Shown here: one piece after another, positions 55,246 to 63,712 of the stretch
How positions within the stretch are numbered: position 1 is the stretch's first letter
Layout of the letters: each line of letters starts with the position of its first letter
Source of the DNA: a virus
Length of the DNA stretch: 64,000 nt
IMG/VR virus record: IMGVR_UViG_3300017774_006254
Location: 64,001-128,000 of that record
Strand: one strand, 5' to 3'
The notes under the pieces: model-generated
Told to the model about the DNA's origin: nothing
What the model saw: the letters and a program-made list of their open reading frames with translations, nothing else
The model's database searches: none
Made by a program: the position numbers and the translations under genes

Positions 55246-55611
55246 GGGCGTGAAAGGTGTCGACGGAGTGACTGGAGACCGTGTTGCGTGCAGGGGTTGA
55301 TCGGCTGGCCCCTATATCAAGCCGATCATCGTAGATGCGAACGAAAGCAACTACGCTCGCGCCGCGCAAGCAGCCTGAGCCGTTTGGTGAAGTAGGCGGC
55401 GGACTTCATCGGGCGTCATTTAGCCGAGGCAAGCTTGTTTTGTATCCTCAGGATTCAAGCCCAAGGCTGTTCATCTGAAGATTGGTGGAGGAGTGACCGT
55501 CACTCCCGACCGGGCCGCACCAGCTGAGAGCGGTACTCTCGAACAGGTGATACGCACGTAGACGCACGGAATTTGGCATTTCGGACCCGGGTTCGACTCC
55601 CGGCACGTCCA
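55246..55611 (+). ncRNA. ssrA: tmRNA; tag (A)ANESNYARAAQAA
   Basis: acceptor GGGCGUG/CACGUCC with G3-U wobble and A discriminator; 5' GAAAGGUGUCGAC; 3' GACCCGGGUUCGACUCCCGG T arm; tag ORF 55337-55378 after UAGAU. Confidence 0.93.
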
Positions 55612-55612
55612 T

Positions 55613-55642
55613 CGCCACCTGGAAACGGGTGGCGTTTTCTTT
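55613..55642 (+). terminator. intrinsic terminator after tmRNA
   Basis: CGCCACC-TGGAAACG-GGTGGCG followed by TTTTCTTT. Confidence 0.8.
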
Positions 55643-55647
55643 GGCCG

Positions 55648-55695
55648 TTGACACCTGTCTGACATGCGCGTAGCGTGTCGGACATATGTCAGACA
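55648..55695 (+). promoter_or_regulatory. promoter with three TGTCNGACA operators
   Basis: TTGACA, 17 bp, TAGCGT; boxes at 55656-55664, 55676-55684, 55687-55695. Confidence 0.8.
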
Positions 55696-57041
55696 ATTCT
55701 GAAGCGAACGCCTACGCGCCTCATTCCGATGTGACCATCAAGGAGATGGGGGAGGACTTCAAGAGGAGTCCGATCCGCAACTACGTTGCGCCGCCTGCCC
55801 CCGGATACGACGTGCATGGTCTTTGGTCCTGCTTCGGCTCTCAGCACCGCTCGGGCTACGCAACTCACGCGATGGCACTTCATTGGATGCTGTCGAAGGA
55901 GCTTAGTATTCCGACGCAGCTGACTCCACATCGCACGATGGACGTCGACATCGAGAGGTTCCCAGCGGACAGAGAGCAGGTGCTGTTCGAGTGGCACAAG
56001 GAGGCTGTCGGCATCCCTCACGCGCTGTTCGTCAGCTTCCCGCTGGAAGTGGCTGCGGAGATGGAAGAGGCGGCGGGCGCTGTCGTTCCGTACTGCGCGT
56101 TCGAAGGCGACCGTGTGAGCAAGTACGCTCGGGACCTTGCTGAAGGTCCAATCTTCAAGAAGGTCTGGGTTGTCAGCGACTTCGTGAAGCAATCCTTGCT
56201 GGCGGCGGGCGTTCAGTCAGACCGTGTCGACGTGGTGCGACCGATGCTCACGGATGGCTTCTGGTCGATGACCGACATCGACAAGCTCCGGACGAGTCGC
56301 GATCGACCGGTGACCGCCCAGGACCCTTTCGTGTTCGGCGTCATGGGCACGTGGCAGAAGCGCAAGGGCATGCTGGATTTGGTCCGCGCGTACTATTCGT
56401 CGTTTCGACGCGAAGAGCATGTCGAGCTGGTCATTCGCACCAGCTCCATCGCGAGCAATGTCACGATTCGTCGACTGAAGGAACAGATCACAGCGGATCT
56501 TGCTGCGGTTGCTGCGGAGTTTGGCGATCACAACTTCCCGCATGGGCACAGGCAACCTCGTCTTCGTCTTGAACTCGGCACAGACCTGACGGACCAGCAG
56601 GTGATCGAGTGGCTCGGTACGCTCGACTGCTACGTGACGCCTTCGTACGGAGAAGGTCTTGGTATCCCGCAGGTCTGGGCGAAGGCACAGGGCGTCCCGA
56701 TGGTTGCCAGTTCATTCGGCGCGGTCGGCGATCTGCTCACAGAGATTGCAATCGCGAACGGAGGGACCGTCGACGAGATGTTCCCGCATGAACTCGTGCC
56801 GGTTGACCCAGAGATCCTCAGGCTTGGCTTGATGTTCGAGCGGTCGACGCAATGGGGCGGGTACAGGGTGCCAGACCTCGCACAGCACATGCGCTCTGCG
56901 ATGAACGCCGGAAGGATCACGGATGTTGCCGGTGCGATGTACGTGAGGCATGCGTTCGGGAAGGACACGCTTGTTCCGCTCCAGACTGCGCTCGCGAAGG
57001 TCATCCCGAGCAAGATGTCAGAGGAGTGGTTCGAAAAATGA
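55686..57041 (+). CDS. GT4-like glycosyltransferase
   Basis: SGYATHA, GTWQKRKG, PSYGEGLGIPQVWAKAQGVP. Confidence 0.85.
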   Translation: MSDNSEANAYAPHSDVTIKEMGEDFKRSPIRNYVAPPAPGYDVHGLWSCFGSQHRSGYATHAMALHWMLSKELSIPTQLTPHRTMDVDIERFPADREQVLFEWHKEAVGIPHALFVSFPLEVAAEMEEAAGAVVPYCAFEGDRVSKYARDLAEGPIFKKVWVVSDFVKQSLLAAGVQSDRVDVVRPMLTDGFWSMTDIDKLRTSRDRPVTAQDPFVFGVMGTWQKRKGMLDLVRAYYSSFRREEHVELVIRTSSIASNVTIRRLKEQITADLAAVAAEFGDHNFPHGHRQPRLRLELGTDLTDQQVIEWLGTLDCYVTPSYGEGLGIPQVWAKAQGVPMVASSFGAVGDLLTEIAIANGGTVDEMFPHELVPVDPEILRLGLMFERSTQWGGYRVPDLAQHMRSAMNAGRITDVAGAMYVRHAFGKDTLVPLQTALAKVIPSKMSEEWFEK

Positions 57042-58099
57042 TTTCTGTCGTCGGTCACTTTGGCACCCTGTACTCGTACTCGACTGTTGCAGGGAACATC
57101 GCGGAAGCCCTGCGCGCTGAAGGCATGCTGGCAAACTGCCAGAACCTCGATGAAAGATGGCACCCACGATGGGCAGCGCTCTCCGAGGTGAAGGGGGAGC
57201 CGACACACGGCCTGCTCGTCTCCGCGCCTAACCATTACGTTGACGTGTTCGCGAGCATGTTCGGCCGCGATCGCGCGGCGATCTTCGTGAGCCCGAACAC
57301 AGACGCGCTGGCGGACGAGCACGCTCAGACCATCAGCCTGTTCGGGCTTGTGATCGCGCCTTCGAGGTTCTGTGCGAACGCGGTGGCGCGGCAGTGCACA
57401 GTCGACAGCGTGTCCGTCTTGCCGCTCGGGACGCCCCTCGTCCTGGAGAAGTCTTTCGAGCGCATTGAGCGCATCCACGCTGAAGGGCCTAGCACGCGAC
57501 CACGCGTGCTTCACTTCACGTCGGACCAGGCGTGGCCATCCCGCAAGGGCACGGAGACTCTGCTGGCTGCGTGGGCGGCTCTGTGTCCGCGGGCTGACCT
57601 GACGGTCCACGGACCGCCTTCTTTGCGCAAGGAAGCGCTCTACGCCATCGCAGACCTTGGCATCGATGAAAGCGTCACGTACGAGACGTCTGGTCGGTAC
57701 GGGTCTTCTGATGATGAGCTGTCGAGCTTGTTCGCGTCAGCAGATCTCATCGTCGCCCCATCGCGTTCTGAGGGATACGGGATGATGATTGCTACGGCTG
57801 TCGACTACGGGATTCCGCTTTTGACCACGTACAACACAGGTCACGCGGAGTTCCTTCGGTCTTACGCAGGAGCGTGGTTGCAGATTCCGACGCCGAACGC
57901 CGGTCCAATCGCCTACGAGTGGGGCCAAGCTCCCCTTCTTGAGGCGGAGACTCTTGCGGCGGCACTTCGAGTCGCGTTGATGCCGAGCGTGCGAATGAGC
58001 ATGATCGTCGACGTGGCAAGTCCTGTTGAGCCCGCGGTGGGTTCTTGGAAATGGGCGTCTGCCCAATGGGTCGAACGCCTGAAAGAGTGGATGGCATGA
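57038..58099 (+). CDS. GT4-like glycosyltransferase
   Basis: SRKGTETLL, ADLIVAPSRSEGYGM. Confidence 0.85.
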   Translation: MISVVGHFGTLYSYSTVAGNIAEALRAEGMLANCQNLDERWHPRWAALSEVKGEPTHGLLVSAPNHYVDVFASMFGRDRAAIFVSPNTDALADEHAQTISLFGLVIAPSRFCANAVARQCTVDSVSVLPLGTPLVLEKSFERIERIHAEGPSTRPRVLHFTSDQAWPSRKGTETLLAAWAALCPRADLTVHGPPSLRKEALYAIADLGIDESVTYETSGRYGSSDDELSSLFASADLIVAPSRSEGYGMMIATAVDYGIPLLTTYNTGHAEFLRSYAGAWLQIPTPNAGPIAYEWGQAPLLEAETLAAALRVALMPSVRMSMIVDVASPVEPAVGSWKWASAQWVERLKEWMA

Positions 58100-58395
58100 G
58101 CAGCAAGAAACCAGTTCTGAAGCACCTCAACGGCGAGGGGCCTGTTGAGATTTTGACTCGCACCATGGACTTCAACATCCAGCAGATGGAAAGCCCTGAC
58201 GGGAAGAGGGTGGACCTTCCCGCGAACACTCTCGTCGCGTTCACAGCTCAACGGTTCCGTGAGCTTGGCGACACTGACGAGTGGGAGTTCACTACGGTCA
58301 ACGTGGCCCCGTCTGGTGCTTCGGTGACGAGCTACGTCTACCTCTCCGGCGTGGACATCTTCATGGTGCGGGCAGCCGCCCGAGTGGCACTCTGA
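58096..58395 (+). CDS. hypothetical protein
   Basis: coupled operon. Confidence 0.55.
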   Translation: MSSKKPVLKHLNGEGPVEILTRTMDFNIQQMESPDGKRVDLPANTLVAFTAQRFRELGDTDEWEFTTVNVAPSGASVTSYVYLSGVDIFMVRAAARVAL

Positions 58396-58607
58396 TGTCG
58401 TCGCGCGAAACGCAGAGCGCACGACTTTCGTTTCGTGCGACCACGCAGAACATGGCGAAGCTCATCGCTGTCGCAAAAGCGAAGGCGATGACGACGGCGA
58501 AAGGCCTACCGAACGTATCGGCGGCCATGAACTTCCTCATCGAGGAATTTGATATCACTACGCTGGCTCGACGGAAGCCGAAGAAGAAGGAGAAGTCTGA
58601 TGTCTGA
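58395..58607 (+). CDS. ribbon-helix-helix-like DNA-binding protein
   Basis: ARLSFRA strand, helix, NVSAAMNFLIEE helix, basic tail. Confidence 0.45.
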   Translation: MSSRETQSARLSFRATTQNMAKLIAVAKAKAMTTAKGLPNVSAAMNFLIEEFDITTLARRKPKKKEKSDV

Positions 58608-59109
58608 TGACAATTTGTTTGGTGTGCCGGACTTCAAGCCCGATGCTGTTGCGGGCACCGCTTTGACGCTGTCGAATGCTGTCGAAGCGCGTGCTCTTGT
58701 TCGGCGCATGTCTGGCGAGGAGGATCCCACTCGATGCCATTTTCACTGCGTCATGTGTGGATGGTCCAAGACGCTTCACTTCGACGAAGAAGAGCGAGCC
58801 GCGGTCGGAGATGTCCGCTCGTACACGGGTCCTTGTCCTGACTGCAATTCCATGACGCTTCAGCCGTTCGACACGATCGCCAATGGCGCGTTCAAGTCGA
58901 TCCATGAGATGGCCAGCGACAACCGCAAGAAGGACTACAGCGAGGCCGCGGACGTCTTCATTGATCGGGTGACAGATCGGTTCGGCGGCAGCATCGCAAG
59001 CATGGCGCCCAAGGACCCTGTGGCGTCAGGTGGAACGACACGAGACCAGTTTCCCGACGCCGACATGAGCGACACTTCTGTGGGCGCCACACGCACGAAG
59101 CAGGAGTAG
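58600..59109 (+). CDS. Zn-ribbon hypothetical protein
   Basis: CVMC..CPDC; AGGAG RBS. Confidence 0.6.
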   Translation: MSDDNLFGVPDFKPDAVAGTALTLSNAVEARALVRRMSGEEDPTRCHFHCVMCGWSKTLHFDEEERAAVGDVRSYTGPCPDCNSMTLQPFDTIANGAFKSIHEMASDNRKKDYSEAADVFIDRVTDRFGGSIASMAPKDPVASGGTTRDQFPDADMSDTSVGATRTKQE

Positions 59110-59111
59110 TC

Positions 59112-60335
59112 ATGGAGCACCGTTTTCAGCACATCGATGGTTGGTTCGACTTTGACGACATCTACAGCGAGGCCGTGGCCTCAGTGGACGGCGCAGCGGT
59201 GTTCGTCGAGGTCGGCTCTTGGCTCGGCCGTTCAGCGGCCTTCATGGGCGTGGAGATCGTGAATTCCGAGAAGCCCATCTCGTTCTTCTGCGTGGATACG
59301 TGGAAGGGATCCGTTACCGAGAAGTATCACCAGGACATGGTCGCTGCGAATGGAGGGTCGCTTCGATCTTTGTTCGAGAAGAACGTCGAAGGACTTCCCG
59401 TGATGTCTCTCGAAGGCGACTCCGCTGAGTCCGCTTCGACGTTTGATGACGAGTCGGTTGACTTCGTCTTCATCGATGCAGCTCACGACTTCGAATCGGT
59501 GAGCCGAGACATTCGAGCGTGGTATCCGAAGGTGAAGCCAGGCGGCGTCATCGCGGGACACGACATCGGCTGGAGCGGGCTCTTTGCCGCAGTGCAAAGC
59601 GCCATCCCGGCGAAGGAGATTGAGCAGCGGCGTTCGAGCTGGTGGCACCGGAAGCCGCTTGCTGTGGAACCAAAGCTTCCAGAGCCGCTCGACTTCCAGA
59701 GCGCCGATGCGGTCGTCTGCATCCCATGGGTGAACCGAGAAGACCTCCTGGAGAAGGCGATCTCGTCTGTCCCCTCGTGGCTGCGCGTTGTGGTCATCGA
59801 TCACGGCCAGGACATGTCCATTTCACTTCCCAGCGGAGTGACCCGCTTGAGCACGGCAACGCGGCTCAAGTTCACACAGGTTCAGAATCTCATGCTGCGC
59901 CTCGCCGCAACGAATGGGATCAAGCACCTGTTCTTCATGCACTCGGACGCTTCGTGCTCGACGGACGTCTTCGACAGGCTCAGTGAGGCGGCGCGAGCAA
60001 ACGACGACTGGGGCGTCATCTTCACCCACTACGACGTGCTGGCGGCGTTCCATGTGCCGAACCTGCTATCGCGCGTCGGTGTCTGGGACGAGACGTTCGA
60101 GTGGTATCGAGCTGACTGCGACTACTACAGGCGCGTGCGCCTCGCAGGCCTTGCCACGGCCGACACAGGCCTGGTCGTTCACCATGCACCGTCGTCGACC
60201 ATCGGCGCCGATCCCGCGGAGAAGGCGCACGTGGACGCCGTCGCTGAGTGGCACAAGCTTCACTACCTCCACAAGTGGGGCGGAGAGGACGGGGGAGAGA
60301 AGTTCTCCGTCCCGTACAATCAGAGCGGAAAGTAG
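59112..60335 (+). CDS. class I SAM methyltransferase (Methyltransf_24-like) fused to a GT2-like glycosyltransferase
   Basis: VEVGSWLGRS, VFIDAAH, KPGGVIAGHD; then CIPWVNR, MHSD, WDETF..DCDY. Confidence 0.85.
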   Translation: MEHRFQHIDGWFDFDDIYSEAVASVDGAAVFVEVGSWLGRSAAFMGVEIVNSEKPISFFCVDTWKGSVTEKYHQDMVAANGGSLRSLFEKNVEGLPVMSLEGDSAESASTFDDESVDFVFIDAAHDFESVSRDIRAWYPKVKPGGVIAGHDIGWSGLFAAVQSAIPAKEIEQRRSSWWHRKPLAVEPKLPEPLDFQSADAVVCIPWVNREDLLEKAISSVPSWLRVVVIDHGQDMSISLPSGVTRLSTATRLKFTQVQNLMLRLAATNGIKHLFFMHSDASCSTDVFDRLSEAARANDDWGVIFTHYDVLAAFHVPNLLSRVGVWDETFEWYRADCDYYRRVRLAGLATADTGLVVHHAPSSTIGADPAEKAHVDAVAEWHKLHYLHKWGGEDGGEKFSVPYNQSGK

Positions 60336-60336
60336 C

Positions 60337-60654
60337 TCAAGCGCGGTGTGTGGCCGTCCACACGTAGTTCGCGACCCAGCAAATCGCAGCCCCTGCAAAA
60401 GCCCCCATCAGCGGGGCTTTTTTGCTGCCTCCAGCAGCCATGGACCCCACCGCGCCCGCGATGGCACCGCCCACAACAGCCGCCTGTGTCCCCGCGTTCA
60501 TCGCGCCAACGAGACGAGTCCGGAAGGCATTGCTGACGGCGGTCGGGTCGCACATGGATGACGTGAGAACCTGGCCCATGCCCACATGGCGCAGGTTGGC
60601 CTTCATGTCTCGGATCATCCACTCGGGAACGTCTGTTTTTGACTTGTAGCTCAT
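60337..60654 (-). CDS. MSY-family membrane protein
   Basis: MSYKS..GMGQVL; two Gly/Ala-rich hydrophobic helices. Confidence 0.65.
   Translation of the reverse strand: MSYKSKTDVPEWMIRDMKANLRHVGMGQVLTSSMCDPTAVSNAFRTRLVGAMNAGTQAAVVGGAIAGAVGSMAAGGSKKAPLMGAFAGAAICWVANYVWTATHRA
60395..60425. terminator. bidirectional-type intrinsic terminator
   Basis: GCAAAA-GCCCC..GGGGC-TTTTTTGC at the convergence of operons. Confidence 0.7.
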
Positions 60655-60699
60655 GCAGGAAGCTTAGCCCCTTGGCGCCCGAGAGGCGACGGAGTAGTC

Positions 60700-60719
60700 T
60701 GTCCGACAATGGTCAGACA
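60700..60719. promoter_or_regulatory. TGTCNGACA operator pair
   Basis: TGTCCGACA 60700-60708 and GGTCAGACA 60711-60719 flanking the kinase ATG. Confidence 0.65.
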
Positions 60720-61482
60720 ACAGCACCGGTTCTACGACTCCGATGGCCCTGGAACGCTCACGCGCGTCCTGAACGAACCCCATCACCGCATTGGACACGT
60801 GCTTCTGAGGCAGCGGGATGCCGCTCGTGCGCTTGGCATACACAATCCTCGCAGCCAGCGCTTAGGGAGGGGATCGTTTGGCTCTGCGTACGAGGTGGAC
60901 ATCATTCCTGGTGTTCGTTCCGTGATCAAATTCACGCGCGACCCCTCGGAGGCATTGGCCTCAGCATTCCTCTGCGGCAAGAGCGACCCGCGCGTGGTCG
61001 ACATCTACCGCACCTGGTCTCTGAACTGGACGCACGAGCGGAACCTTCGTGGCTGGTACGTCGTGCATCGAGCGTATCTCCACAACCTCTCGAAGCGCGA
61101 CACGGACCTCGTCGAAGTCTTGTGGCGCCTCTACAACGACATGGAGATCGACCTGAAGTTCCCCCGAGCGAACAACAGGGCGATGATCGACAAGTGGCTC
61201 AACTACGTCCGCGAAGAACTGGAGGAGATGCAGGCGTACACGAAGACGAACGTCTCACGCACCATGTCGCTGCTCATGGAGGTCAGCCAGTGCGTGCACG
61301 CGATGCATCGACTTGGCATCGACTGGGAGGACATTCATCCGGGCAACATGATGCGACGTGACGACGGCACCATGGCGATTGGCGATGTTGGTTTTGGGCT
61401 TCTGCACAATCCTGTGGAGGCGCATGTCGACAACCTCACGACAGACCTGGCGATTGATTACATGGAGAGCCTTCGGCCATGA
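60709..61482 (+). CDS. protein-kinase-like protein
   Basis: LGRGSFGSAY, VIKFT, DIHPGNM, IGDVG. Confidence 0.8.
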   Translation: MVRQQHRFYDSDGPGTLTRVLNEPHHRIGHVLLRQRDAARALGIHNPRSQRLGRGSFGSAYEVDIIPGVRSVIKFTRDPSEALASAFLCGKSDPRVVDIYRTWSLNWTHERNLRGWYVVHRAYLHNLSKRDTDLVEVLWRLYNDMEIDLKFPRANNRAMIDKWLNYVREELEEMQAYTKTNVSRTMSLLMEVSQCVHAMHRLGIDWEDIHPGNMMRRDDGTMAIGDVGFGLLHNPVEAHVDNLTTDLAIDYMESLRP

Positions 61483-61706
61483 GCACCCCGGTTCGCCCTC
61501 CAGAGTGGTGGGCAGTGTACGGCGCGGTCTGGGCTCTCATGAGGCGCTCCGGGCCCACGGAAACGAAACAACTGCCCGACCGAACGTTCGTGACCAGCGT
61601 CGTACCGCGCAGCGCGCTTGCCGCCATGTGCGCGCAAGAAGCTGACGAGGCTATGAAGGCGTGGGAGGAGCACAACAACCCCGCACCGAAGGCCGTTGAC
61701 TACTAG
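61479..61706 (+). CDS. hypothetical protein
   Basis: ATGA overlap. Confidence 0.5.
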   Translation: MSTPVRPPEWWAVYGAVWALMRRSGPTETKQLPDRTFVTSVVPRSALAAMCAQEADEAMKAWEEHNNPAPKAVDY

Positions 61707-61907
61707 CTCAGAACGAAGTACCAAGTACGTTGCTGAGGAAGACTACAGGTCAGCGCGGGTTCGTTGTTTGTCCCAAGACCTTGCCCACGAGGATGACGCT
61801 TTATGCGTGGGATACGATTGCGGCGTATTAGCGGAAGACTGTGACATCCGTACCGCAAGGTCACATGGCAGGCCGGAAAGACGGTCACTACTCACCTGGA
61901 GACGAGC

Positions 61908-62171
61908 GTGGCAAGTCCACCCTGCTGGAAGTGTGGAAAGTGTAACCGGAAGTCCGACTTCGTGTCTGGATTCTGGGTGGCTCGGCACGGGAAGCCGACT
62001 CCCACCGGCAGGATCGAGAAGAAGTGGCTTGGTACCCGTGGTTACAACCGCCATCCAGCCACTGTGGTCGAGTACAAGTGCGGCGAGTGCGGACACGTTG
62101 GCTGGAGCAAGCTCGGGCAAGCCTTGCGCAAGTTCCGCGAAGTGTTTCCGGAGAAGGAGATTCTCACATGA
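61908..62171 (+). CDS. Zn-ribbon protein
   Basis: CGKC..CGECGHVGWS; GGAG RBS. Confidence 0.6.
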   Translation: MASPPCWKCGKCNRKSDFVSGFWVARHGKPTPTGRIEKKWLGTRGYNRHPATVVEYKCGECGHVGWSKLGQALRKFREVFPEKEILT

Positions 62172-62464
62172 ATGCGTACAAAGACGGGCCGTGTTCCTTT
62201 TGCGAGCCAGGCGAGCAGCGAAGCACATGCAGTGTGTGCGCGGGGACGGGCCTGAACGTGCCATCGCTTCAGTTCTTCGTGACGGGTCACCTGAAGCCAG
62301 AATTCAAGGAGATGGTTGAGAAGTTCCGTGATGTAGCGGTGTTCGTCGTTCAGAACTCCCCGAACAATCCCGAGCGCAGCCGTGCGCTCGGAAAGATTGT
62401 GGAAGCGAAGGACGCCGCGTGTCGTGCTCTGATCATGAAGACGCACGAGCGCCGAGCGCCGTAG
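62168..62464 (+). CDS. Zn finger fused to an Acb2/Tad1-like helical hairpin
   Basis: CSFC..CSVCAGTG then LQFF..HL..PERSRALGKIVEAKDAACRA. Confidence 0.5.
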   Translation: MNAYKDGPCSFCEPGEQRSTCSVCAGTGLNVPSLQFFVTGHLKPEFKEMVEKFRDVAVFVVQNSPNNPERSRALGKIVEAKDAACRALIMKTHERRAP

Positions 62465-62507
62465 CGGAAAGAGTGCGCTTCGAGGTTCCGCGCCATAGAA
62501 TCAGACC

Positions 62508-63116
62508 ATGGCAATTGGAATCGCGGTCATCGCTCTCACCGTTCTTGCGTTCGCCGCCATGGGGATATGGATGGCGGTGCGGGGAACCAAACCTCAGCTA
62601 CCCGCAGGTGACACGACCCTGCTCTCCGTGTTCAACGCGAAGCTTCATCTTGAGAGAGGCTTCTCCGTTGCGAACGTTGGAAACCTCATGCACGGGACCG
62701 GTCTCGACTGGGACGAGATGAAGACCGATGCGACAGCCGCTCTCCTTGAGGTTTCGAAGGCGTGGGGGGTGTACAGAGGCGTCTCGCCAGTCAAAGCGCT
62801 CGACGGCGTCATCATCCTCGTGCTTGGAGACGTTCAGTGGAAGGAAGCGCTCGCCTCGAACAGCCTCCAGGACAACACGGTGGCCTTCCAGTCCTACGCA
62901 ACGCAGTCAGTCGGGACTGGCCCCCTCATGCTGTGCATCAAGGGCTCAGCGGGGCCAATAGGGGAGCTGGTCGTCCATGAAGCGGCGCACGCCCTGCTGA
63001 CCGTCGCAAAAGCGAGCACGAGCGACAACAACCTGCATGAGGACCCCAACGTGTGGTCGGAAGGTGGCATCGAGCAGACGGCTGTGGCGCGTTTCAGGGA
63101 GCGAAGGGTCAGTTGA
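62508..63116 (+). CDS. membrane-anchored HEXXH metallopeptidase-like protein
   Basis: N-terminal TM; VVHEAAHALL. Confidence 0.6.
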   Translation: MAIGIAVIALTVLAFAAMGIWMAVRGTKPQLPAGDTTLLSVFNAKLHLERGFSVANVGNLMHGTGLDWDEMKTDATAALLEVSKAWGVYRGVSPVKALDGVIILVLGDVQWKEALASNSLQDNTVAFQSYATQSVGTGPLMLCIKGSAGPIGELVVHEAAHALLTVAKASTSDNNLHEDPNVWSEGGIEQTAVARFRERRVS

Positions 63117-63441
63117 GCGGGCCTGCGCTCGCCTGAAGCAGTGAAGAGAGCGTGGCGTAGGCGATGAGTGCGTGAGCCGTCTCTCCTGTCGCCCCGTTCG
63201 ACAAGAGCACTTGGAGTGCTTCGTCGTCTTCCACGCCGTAGAGTCGAATCGTCTCCACGGAAGAGTGGGTGAACGCCACCCAGAGTTGTCCCTCGCTCAT
63301 CGTGAAGACGACGTGGCTGTCTCCCAAGGCGATGGAGTCGGGTTCACCCCCGACCGCCTTCTTCATTGTTGCCTTGAGAGCCTCGACGTCACACGTGTAC
63401 ATGACGCCGTCACTGTCCTGTTCGTTGGCCATGGCGGACAT
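63109..63441 (-). CDS. hypothetical protein
   Basis: GAGG RBS before MSAMANE. Confidence 0.5.
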   Translation of the reverse strand: MSAMANEQDSDGVMYTCDVEALKATMKKAVGGEPDSIALGDSHVVFTMSEGQLWVAFTHSSVETIRLYGVEDDEALQVLLSNGATGETAHALIAYATLSSLLQASAGPLN

Positions 63442-63712
63442 CGTATCCCCATTTTCCTCTGTAGATGATCCCACGCTTCGCAAATTCTTCCCCGAGTGGA
63501 AGCGCGAAGAAGGTGACGATCTCGTGGTCCGTCCTGCGCTCCACAAGATTCGCTGTTTCCAGCTCGATCAGCTCAACGGTTACCTCTCCGGCCTCGTAGT
63601 GGTTCCTGTAGGGTTTTGTCCACCGGTGCTGATGGCCAGGAGGTCTGCGGATCCCAAGCATGTGTCGAAGACGGGCCAAGGCCTTAGGGCTTACGGCGAT
63701 GTTGCTCGGCAT
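63410..63712 (-). CDS. hypothetical protein
   Basis: LRHMLG..YRNHY motif. Confidence 0.5.
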   Translation of the reverse strand: MPSNIAVSPKALARLRHMLGIRRPPGHQHRWTKPYRNHYEAGEVTVELIELETANLVERRTDHEIVTFFALPLGEEFAKRGIIYRGKWGYDVRHGQRTGQ

